DNA of 64,000 nucleotides from Calcarisporiella thermophila CBS 279.70. Taxonomy: Eukaryota > Fungi > Calcarisporiellomycota. Made by a program: the position numbers and the translations under genes. Under the pieces are notes generated by a model. The model saw only the letters and a program-made list of their open reading frames with translations, ran no database searches and had not been told where the DNA came from. The stretch lies in NCBI RefSeq assembly GCF_041956535.1, contig NW_027192192.1, forward strand, positions 1,385,985-1,449,984, in the 5' to 3' direction. Below, in pieces: positions 54,557-64,000 of the stretch (positions within the stretch are counted from its first letter, which is position 1; the number at the start of each line of letters is the position of its first letter).

Positions 54557-55583
54557 ATGCAGCGGGTGCAATTACCACCACTCATTGCACCTTTTCGATA
54601 TACAATTATTGAAGAAAAGCTCTACAGAGGGAGCTATCCAAAAGAAAGAAATTTTCGATTTTTGAAGAGGTAATTTTTAACTTCAACCGATTCTTTGCAG
54701 TTGAATCACTATATAATGTTCAATGGCTTACCACCCGCTTATTCTTTGGAATGCAATCTTTTCTCAGGCTAAAGCTGAAAACTATACTCTCATTGGTGCC
54801 CGATCCACCGTGCTCGTGGATTTCTGATTTTTATGCTAAGCAAGGGATCGTGAACATCCATCTCCCGGTTGACAAAGTGAAGGATAATGTGCCATTGACT
54901 TACACACGAGCTGCTCAAGCAATTCAGGTATGTAATTTTTGATACCTTTAGAGACAATTTGTTTTCAACATATATTTGTTTTTTATGTGAATCAGATAAT
55001 AATCAACGAGGACAATCTCCCGCTTTATGTCCACTGTCTCGACGGAGCTAATGTTACTGGTCTGGTGATTGCATGTCTGCGAAAGCTGCAAATGTGGACT
55101 ATCTCCTCTGCTCTCAGCGAGTTTTCTCGTTTTTTGCGAGGCGGAGTGGCCACTGCTGAAGAATCCGAGTTTGTCGAGAAATTTGCTGGAGAAATCGAGA
55201 TCCCTTCTCGAATCCCCGAGTGGTTGTGGGGTGGAAACATAGGATTTAAACGGCATCCTACTATGCGGTTACGTTTTGCAGATCCAGAAATGGAACGAGA
55301 AGTGCTTAAGAAGAATGAAAAGGAAGTAGAGGAAGAGAAAACGCGAGAGAAAGGTGAAAAGAAGATGAGCAGTGAGTAACCTATTCTCTTATTCCAATAA
55401 GTTGAGCGGTGTGCCCTTACTTTCATTTTCATAATAGAAGTTTTGCTCGGCGAGCTCTTGGAACCTACAATATCAGATGAAAGATATGAGATTATTGAAG
55501 ACGAAGGTGAGGATGATGGAGAAGCCGAGATGTCCATGACTCTTCAAGCCCTTGCCCTCGAGGGGTGGAAATCAGGGATGTGA
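54557..55583 (+). CDS. OCA6: Siw14/Oca-family tyrosine-phosphatase-like protein (Oca6-like)
   Basis: LIAPFRYTIIEEKLYRGSYPKERNFRFLKRLKLKTILSLVP, LPLYVHCLDGANVTGLVIACLRKLQMW..SALSEFSRF; three introns. Confidence 0.8.
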
Positions 55584-56212
55584 TTCTTAGTTCTTTAATC
55601 ATGTACGATAGCAAATAAACATATTGCAAAGTGAATCAATCTTTGATAACCATACGCTATTGCAACCGATACAAAATGATACAATAGAAAATTTACAATA
55701 CATCATCAAAACTATGGCTTTATAATTCCAAAGAGGCAGGGCAAGCATGTGAATAATGAAATATGTAAATGCACTGAATTGTTTTTCTCTCGGAGGATGT
55801 GGCCTCTGTGTTAGAAAAAAAAAAATTGCTTCACAAATTTGTCTTATAGTGAATAACATCAACTTCTCAATGTTTTATTTGATAAGCAACGTTGTATAAT
55901 GGTGTGTAATTTTCCAATATTTTAAATATCTTCAATGTGACCTTTGAACGGAAACTGTACCAACATGTGTGCACTTATAGGAACTCTAGGATATCCACAC
56001 AAAAGCCAACAAATCAGCATCCATGCTGCATATATACAGCATTTTGACAGTAACTAGGTTGTGTAATTTTGCTTATCTTGTAACATTTAGCTATAGGTTT
56101 ATGTTTCTGAATTGAGGGGATTCGGTGGCCACATTACCACTTGGCCACCCTTCCCATTGCCTCTTTTCATATATAAGGGAATGACTTTCAACTCTCAGCA
56201 TACCAATCTAAA

Positions 56213-57298
56213 ATGCAAGCTTTGCTTTACTTCCTTTTTCTTATTTCCCCACTCATTGCACTTGCCAACCCCCTCTCGAATGTCTTGCGAACAATATCCG
56301 CCGATCCAGATCATCAGATCCTCAGCGACACCCAGCTTCAGGCTGCAAAACAATATGCGAAACTGATGGCTGCGGCCATTTGTGGTCCCGGACAGATAGG
56401 TGCATTTGTGTGCGATGCCTATTGCAATGAATTTCCCAATACTACTGCAATCCAATACTTCGATGTTTCTCCGTATGATATCAATGGATATGTTGCTCGT
56501 GACGATAAACGTAAAACCATTGTCGTAGCTTTCAGAGGGACAGCTTCAATTCCAAACATACTCACGGATTTGCAATTGGTCTTAGTCCCATACAGCTTTA
56601 ACGATCCATCCAAAGGCAGAGTTCACCAAGGATTCTTGAATTCTTATCGTTCGGTTGCTAGAGAGATTTTATCCAGCGTCACGAAACAGGTCGAGACCTA
56701 CCCCGATTATGAAGTAGAGGTTATTGGCCATAGTCTTGGCGGTGCGTTAGCTTCGCTTCACGCTATGGATCTGTGGGAAACCAACAAGATCCCGAAAGAG
56801 AAGCTTGTGCTTGTTACTGTTGGCGAACCGCGTGTAGGAGATGCCAGGTTTGCGGCAAGAGTTGATAGAGCAGGTATTTTAGCAAAGTGTCTGGTGAGCA
56901 AGAGAGATATTGTTGCACATATTCCCCCCCGCCTATTTGGATATAAGGTAGACGAGCTGAAGCTGATTAATTCAAGGTGCCTATTTACCATTTTTTCTTT
57001 TTCAATCACAACAGCATCATTCGTCTGAAATTCACACAGATTCGAGAATTACTAAACAGTGTAGAGATCCTGAAGATTATGCTTGTGCATACGGCGAGCC
57101 TGGGCTCACTGTCATTGATGTATATTTGCATGAAAATACCTGGGTTCTATTACTTGACGTAATAATACTCACTTTATTTTTTTATAGCACCTTGTCTATA
57201 TTGATGTCAATATGATCCAGTGCGCTGGCGATTTTATCATTCAGCAGCTCAACGATTGGTTTGGAGGCCTATCCCCTCAGCTACTACGGTCGATTTAA
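56213..57298 (+). CDS. Secreted class-3 lipase (Rhizopus/Rhizomucor-type)
   Basis: Signal peptide, IVVAFRGT, VHQGF, GHSLGG nucleophile elbow, DIVAHIPP, final ID|HLVY catalytic His; two introns. Confidence 0.92.
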
Positions 57299-57840
57299 TA
57301 GCAATATTTACCATTTCTCTCACCTAATGACAGATCTAATCTCTATTTGATAATGTAATAATTTTACTAAATACTCTATAAATTAGTTAGATAATTTTGT
57401 TTCTTAATGGATTGCTTATATACGAATTCTGTAATTTCGCTAGATATTTAATATTGTAGTTTAGCTAATATTTAGATCTAATATATCGCATAATAAACAA
57501 CCATTTTCTTTTAAATTTCAGTTGCCTATAAGTTAAGCAGTCAATATATTATTTTTAAAAATTGTATTGGAGCTAAACTGAATTATTCCATCCCTATCTT
57601 GGAGTAAAATAGATTTACAGAAGCTTTTGATGTAGCCCCTCTTGTCCCTGATAGCAAACACTTTATTACTTTAACCTGGGAGCCTATAAAGGCTCTATGG
57701 ACACTACCACACGATTTATTATAATCCCTCATACGCATTTATCCTAGCTTTATTTTCAATATGTAAATCAGACTGAATTTCATTAATCCTTGAAAAAGCA
57801 GTCCATCAAAATTCTCTTATACTCTTCCATTCAAATCTCC

Positions 57841-59645
57841 ATGTCATCCTCACATGCATCCTCGAGAGCAACTCAGGGCTTGGCATTGACACCCTTTAGG
57901 ATTGCTCGTGCTCTATTACTTGACCACAGATATTTTTGGTACACGGCCACATTGGTCTTCATTGGCGAAGCAATACTTAATTTCTTCATAATAGAATATG
58001 TCTCCTGTAAATTCATTATTCTATTCATCAGCTTCTATTTCTTAATAACTTTTTTTTTGAATAGACACGGAGATCGATTGGATGGCGTATATGCAGGAGG
58101 TTGGCGGTTTTCTTAATGGTGAACGAGATTACATGAATTTAAAGGGAGATACCGGACCATTAGTGTAATCCTGCTTTCATCTCTATTCTCGAGTAATTCT
58201 ATTGTTATTCTAATAGATTGAATTATCAAATTTATCTATAGATATCCTGCTGGATTTGTCTATATATACTCGCTTCTTTATAATCTGACTAACCGCGGTA
58301 CGAACATTCGTCTCGGCCAGTACTTCTTTTCCGTTCTCTACCTATTTAATCTATTGATCGTTATGCAGCTCTATAGAAAGTCTACAAAGGTTCTTTTTGA
58401 AAATTCATCGAAACTTATTCTGATAGCTTATGTTTCGAAATTATTTTCATATCCTAAAGATTCCTCCCTACCTCCTTGTCCTGCTCTGCCTATCCAAACG
58501 CGTGCACTCGATATATGTCTTGCGACTATTCAATGATCCAGTAGCCATGTTTTTCATGTATTTATGTCTTTTGGCTTTGACAGGTCGTCGATGGACACTT
58601 GGGTGTATATTTTATAGGTAAAACAAGAATATTGACCAAGTTGAGTTAATATTGCTCTAATCTAGAACAACTAGTGCGGCATTGTCAGTGAAAATGAACA
58701 TTCTCTTATTCCTTCCAGCATTTGGCTTGATATTGTGGAAGGCAGTTGGCGCATGGCGCACTTTTTTGAGTTTTGCCCTCATCAATACTATTCAGGTATA
58801 TAAACGCTAGCAAGCGGAAATTTAGAGCAGATATTTACATTGTATTCCCTCAGGTATTACTTGCCTGGCCCTTCCTTTTAGCGAACCCCGATTCCTATAT
58901 CGCCCGCGCATTTGAATTTTCGCGCATTTTCATCTACAAATGGACTGTGAACTGGAAATTTCTCTCCCCCGAAACCTTTGTCAGCCCAGGTTTTGCCCAA
59001 GTTCTAATCTTATTGCATGTCTTAGTGATCGTGTGGTTCTTATTTACGCGTTGGTGCAGGTACTAAGCCATGCTCACCTATACATTTTCGGCATCTAAAC
59101 ATCTCCTTTATTCAGAGCTGATGGTGGCGTCTTTTTAACTCTCTGGCGCGGTCTCACTGCCCCCAAGCGTGTGGTTGCTAATAGCTCTCTCAATCTATCG
59201 CCTGACCGTAATAGTCCCCCGCTCATTTATATTAATCTTTCTCCCAAAATTAACGAATTTTCTTATTTTCCAACCATAGACATTATTACTTTGATGTTCA
59301 CTTCTAATTTTATTGGAATTGTGTTTAGCAGGACGTTGCACTACCAGTTTTATGTGTGGTACTTCCATGGGCTGCCCTATTTGCTCTGGCATTGTCGGAT
59401 TCCTGTCGTAGCCAGGTCTGAATTTTTTTTCCATAGTTTCATCGATTCAGAGAGAAAACTCAACTGAAAAACTCTGACATGAATGTAGACTTATCATCTT
59501 CTTTTGCATCGAGTACTGCTGGAACGTCTTCCCGTCAACGTCGACAAGCTCTCTAATCCTACTCGTCTCCCACCTGGCCATGCTCATTACCCTATGGATG
59601 GGCGATGCAGAAGGACGCGGCATGCGTCGTCAAAAATATAGCTAA
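57841..59645 (+). CDS. ALG3: Dol-P-Man:Man5GlcNAc2-PP-Dol alpha-1,3-mannosyltransferase, multi-exon
   Basis: [73 protein letters not shown]. Confidence 0.94.
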
Positions 59646-60201
59646 TAAACACACCCCTTTTTTTCCATGCCCCTTACATTTGATCTTGAAGGGCCGCAAT
59701 GATTCCTTTATTGAACCCCCTGCTAATGCTGTGAATTTCCCTGAGAATCAGTAATGGCTGGTGTTTATTTGTTTCTCTCCCTGTGAAACGAACATATACA
59801 TTTCGCGTAATTATAGTACCACTGCTTGTTATCGCCAAGCTATAGCCAAAACACTGACATGACCGGCCCAGAAATAAACTATATCTCCTCAGAGACATGG
59901 GGGTGTTCACGCTGCCGCTAATTCGGATTATTTTCTTAAAATTAAGCGAAATCCTGCATTTTAATTGGTCAATTTAGTATAACAGAGTCGGCAAAAAATC
60001 AAATTATTCCATAAAAAGCGCCTCTCGAGGCGATTTTTTGGCTCGAGTGTGTATTGATCCCAACGCGATTCACAAGTCGAACTATAGAGCTAAGTACACC
60101 AGTAATCTAGTGTGAATGACTCTCGAGAAGGGAAAAATATCAGCGATACATGGTTGGCTGGGAGTGCTAAATAATCGCAATAAGCAGATAATCAGATAAG
60201 C

Positions 60202-60279
60202 GGGGGTGGAGTAACATAGTGCTAAGCGCACTTTGGTGCCATCGAGATGGCGCGGGTTCGGATCTTGTAACCCCCACCA
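60202..60279 (+). pseudogene. Degenerate tRNA (possible Gly-GCC anticodon) forming the SINE head; not a functional tRNA
   Basis: Acceptor GGGGGTG/AACCCCC-A-CCA; T arm GCGGG-TTCGGAT-CTTGT with three G-T pairs; anticodon arm CTTTG-GTGCCAT-CGAGA is imperfect; D arm is poor. Confidence 0.6.
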
Positions 60280-60661
60280 GTACAAAAAAAGTGTCTGGGG
60301 TCTCCACTAATTCTGTGACTTGCTTGTTGTGTCTATGTTCTCCATTTGTATCATCTCTGTCTTTTCGGTCTGGTTCTCTACATAACTCTCTCCCTCCTGT
60401 AGTGTCTGGCTCTTCCATTAGTATTGCCTCTGCCCTGTCGTGCCTGGTCTTTCCATTGTTATTGTCTCTCATTACTCTCCTTCGCTGGCCATACCTGTCG
60501 TGTCTGGTTACTCAACTATTACTGTTTCTTAATTGTTCTCTAACTTCTGCCAGCAATTGGCTAAAATCTGCACAAAGGTATACAACCTCTGATTCACCTT
60601 CGACGATTAATTTCATGAGGACTTTTCAATAAAGATCCGTAGATTCAAAAAAAAAAAATAT
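60202..60661 (+). mobile_element. tRNA-derived SINE-like retroposon with poly-A tail and 16-bp target-site duplication
   Basis: Degenerate 78-nt tRNA cloverleaf ending in CCA (60202-60279) with B-box-like GGTTCGGATC; pyrimidine-rich body; AATAAA 60628-60633; A12 at 60647-60658; flanking direct repeats AGATAATCAGATAAGC (60186-60201) and AGATAATCAAATAAGC (60662-60677). Confidence 0.82.
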
Positions 60662-61623
60662 AGATAATCAAATAAGCGAAGCGTATACATGCCCTATGTT
60701 TAGCATTGAAGTAACATATACATAAAACGTTCAACACCTTCTATTAAATAATATCGCTCAGTATTATTCGTTGAAATCTCAGGACTTTCTGACCGTCAAA
60801 GAAACGTGTTTTGATAGTATACACTGATTACAAGATAGATAAGTATAATTCCCAACCATTCTCCCACTTTGAAAGAGTAATATCAAAAGAATTTACTTAG
60901 TCCTATTAATCTCGGGGAGATATAAATGGCGCATTGCTCTTCCTAACACAGCTTTCACTAAATACCAAAAACAGCACGGCTGAGTATTTTGGGGTAACGA
61001 TATAAAGTGCACTAATGAAAGCAGACGACTTACTCATAATGTAATTTAACGATTGTCACGATGTTTTAACTGGCTATTTGCTAATAGAATCCCCCCATAG
61101 AACCACAAAAGAATCCAACTATTATGTGAAAAATGATAATGACCATTCATGGAAGCGATATTATAGTTCAATAAATTGATCTCCAACGGCTTCATCTAGG
61201 TGTTATTCCCATCGACTATTTTTTAGCATCTGCACCCGCTCATATTATTATTCAACAAAATATAGTATCATATTGTTGATGATGCTTATGAAATCTTGCA
61301 TAATGCATTGGAATTTTACTTTAATATTGCCTAAATTAGTTTCCAAGTAGGGTAATTCCATAGATATATTCCTGGCCATGATATATAAGTGGTTTTGGGC
61401 GTCGGAGAGAGGATAGGGTCCAAACTATTGGAGAAACAGATTTAAAGCCGTTATTACTATATAACCAAAATGGTGATAGGTGTTTTTGTGTGACAAAGTG
61501 GAACGAATATATAATACTCTATCGTTGACTGTATCTACAGGAAAAAACATCAACAATAATATAATCAGTCAAATACCTTTTTTATACTTTTATTCAGGAC
61601 AAGTATTTCCTTTGCTGTTGTAA

Positions 61624-64000
61624 ATGGTTATCAACAAGAACATTGTGCAAGAATGCTCAACTAAATGGGGCACAGAATTACAAAAAATTGTGGATAACTA
61701 TGAACTACGTGATATAGAAGAGGTTTTCCCCGCAACACCTCTACAATCGAGGTTTCTCTCATCTCTTACCAATGATTCTCAAGCACATGTAGTGCAATGG
61801 GTGTGCGAAATTGAGGGTGCATTCAGTGAAAGTCAGTTGCGATCAGCATGGTACCGAGTGGTGGTTGCTAATCCCATTCTTCGCACCAGACTTGTCTCTA
61901 CCCGGCAAGGAGTTTACCAAGTTATACTCAAAACTCATCCACCTGCGTTTGAAGATTCGTTAGAATGGGAAAAAGATGAAGCTGACAAGCTCAAAGAATG
62001 TTTTCTCATCGCTGACCGCAAACGAGGTTTCCAATTTAATAGCGATACCCTAGCCAGGTTTACAGTTGTTTTAATTAAAGGCTCTAATCACTACAAGCTT
62101 TTTTGGACAATGCACCGCTCGATTGTGGACGGATTTTCCAGCCATCGTCTATTGGGTGAATTATTGAGAGCTTATTCGGGAACTAGGTTAAAGACCCAGT
62201 CACAATACAAAGCAAAGGTCGAATCGATTCTTTCACCAAACTTACGTGAAGCAGAGACATTTTGGAAGGCAACGTTTGATGGATCGAAAGTCCTTGCAAA
62301 GATGGGTATCTCCAACAGAACCGATAACCTTAAAGATGAAGGCTCAATCTTACAGACTTACGAACTCAAACTTGCAATGAATCGTCTACAACTTTATTGC
62401 AATAAAATAGACGTTACCTTATCGAGCTTCTTTCAGGCAATATGGGCCATTGTTCTACGACATTATATTCGATGTGATGACGTTTATTACGAATATGCCA
62501 TACCGGGATTGAATGAAGGTGAAGCTGATTTAACAAGGTTCGAATAATTCTTGCATTCGATTATGCTTTGTATCTGATGTCCGGAAACGAATTTTTCTAA
62601 TTTCAAACAGTTTTAATGAGATTAGAAGGCTGGACACCATCGTCAACTCGATACCGGTTCGAGCTATATTGAAAGATAACATGACCTTCATTGAGCTGTT
62701 ACGAGCAATACAAGAGTTTCATACAGCCTCGCTTCCCCATCGCTATGTCTCGCTTACAGATATCGAACGCTGGACTGATCTTCCATGGACGCGGGAAATG
62801 GCACCAACTCTATTTTCATTTCATAGTGACCGTTCACGACGATATAATATCGAAGATTCTATCAGAGATTTCAAGATAAATAATTTACAGCTCTTTGAAA
62901 CTACCGAGTATTCACTATATCTTAAGATATGTCCGACCGACTCATCTCTTTTTCTGGATACCATAATCAATACCACCAAGATTGATAGTATAGCTGTTAA
63001 TCAATTTATTACAAAATTTGAGGAGGTAGTGCTAAGAATCGTGGAGGGCTCCATCGAACACCCCCCGACATTACTCGATCTAGACGCTCTAACTTCAACG
63101 GATCAATTCACCCTGGCCGATATAAGTCATGGAAAACAAATACCTCTTATCCACCAGTGCCTTCACCATGGCTTTGAATTAAATGCTATAGAAAGTCCAA
63201 ATACGTTGGCTATCGAAGGTGCTTCCGGAACTATTAATTATAGCGAGCTGGATATCCGAGCCAATTGGATAGCTCATGAACTACGTAGACAAGGAGTAAT
63301 TCCTGGGTGGAATGTAGGTCTTGTCATCAATCGTTCAATAGAGATGATCATCGGAATTCTTGCAATCCTTAAGGCGGGAGGAGCTTATGTGCCAATCGAT
63401 GCAACATTACCAAGAGGCCGAGTGGAATATATTCTGAAGGATGCTGACTGCTTGGTTGTGGTGACTATGCGAGATACAGTAAATGTCATTCCCGAGGCAG
63501 CGAGTCATAAAATCACCCTGATTGATGACTTCATGAATTCTGCCCTTGACAACATAACAAAACCAGCGGACCTATCAACCAGTGACGACACTGCTTACAT
63601 TGTGTATACTTCAGGAACTACTGGGGAACCGAAGGGAGTGCCAATCCATCATGGTGGAGCAATGAATTGCATACAAGATTTCCTTACCAAGAATGGTTCA
63701 GGTCCTGGATTATTCCAGTCGCAGTTCATGTCGGTAGGATTCGATGGTGCAATTGCTGAGATATTTTCATGCTTTATTCATGGAGGAACACTAGTACTTA
63801 CCTCCGACGGTAATAGAATCGAGTCGCTGAAGAATGTAGAATCATTGCTTATTACTCCTACTGGACTACAACATGTCGAACCGAAAGATGTCCCCAATCT
63901 TCGTGTCATAACACTAGGCGCTGAACCGGTCCCCCAATCCCTGGTCGATAAATGGTTGCCACATGTCAACCTCTTTAATGCATATGGTCCAACCGAAACC
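61624..64000 (+). CDS. Multimodular NRPS copy 2, 5' part (N-terminal C domain plus first A domain); continues beyond the window
   Basis: Exon 1 61624-62537 is a C domain paralogous to copy 1 (VFPATPLQ, HRSIVDG). Intron 62538-62625. The frame then stays open to the window end through A motifs KAGGAYVPID, YTSGTTGEPKG, GFDGAIAEIF and NAYGPTE. Confidence 0.9.

Noticed and set aside
60013-60038. Palindrome AAAAAGCGCCTC-TC-GAGGCGATTTTT resembling a rho-independent terminator
   Set aside because: Eukaryotic context and a short stem; probably chance.
60202-60279. Functional tRNA gene or tmRNA end
   Set aside because: Stems are mismatched, the D arm is poor, CCA is encoded, there is no oligo-T terminator, and it lies inside a TSD-bounded poly-A element.
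60167-60632. ORFs of 101 and 137 aa over the SINE
   Set aside because: By-products of the CT-rich repeat body; no domain similarity.
41328-64000. Bacterial contamination or endosymbiont origin of the NRPS sequence
   Set aside because: Spliceosomal introns at conserved positions and interleaving with fungal housekeeping genes.

Overview
Eukaryotic, intron-rich fungal DNA. Introns are short (about 55-100 nt) and almost all GT-AG. Gene content and style suggest an early-diverging lineage such as Mucoromycota; that placement is an inference. Bases 1-39.5 kb hold about 19 compact housekeeping or metabolic genes: sorting nexin 3' end, SAM methyltransferase, Rvs167, PNKP, a GPI-type secreted protein, peroxisomal hydratase-2, Tps2, PNP, MGST3, a stand-alone ABC ATPase, Spc24, 3R-Myb, NDP-glucose 4,6-dehydratase, Dtd1, AKR, GMC oxidoreductase, MFS, TLC and Sec14. 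The AT-richer right third is dominated by two paralogous NRPS genes of (C-A-T-E)n type, separated by Oca6, a lipase and Alg3. Copy 1 (41328-53774) is a decaying pseudogene with nonsense codons, frameshifts, an in-frame loss of the whole first A domain and a Ser-to-Phe change in T1. Copy 2 (61624 to beyond the window end) looks intact as far as visible. Every module of copy 1 carries three introns at the same positions. The substrate-pocket segment of the A domains is strongly homogenised between modules. About 1 kb of upstream non-coding DNA was co-duplicated. A complete tRNA-headed SINE-like retroposon (tRNA head, AATAAA, poly-A, 16-bp target-site duplication) sits just upstream of copy 2. 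Exon boundaries were inferred by eye.
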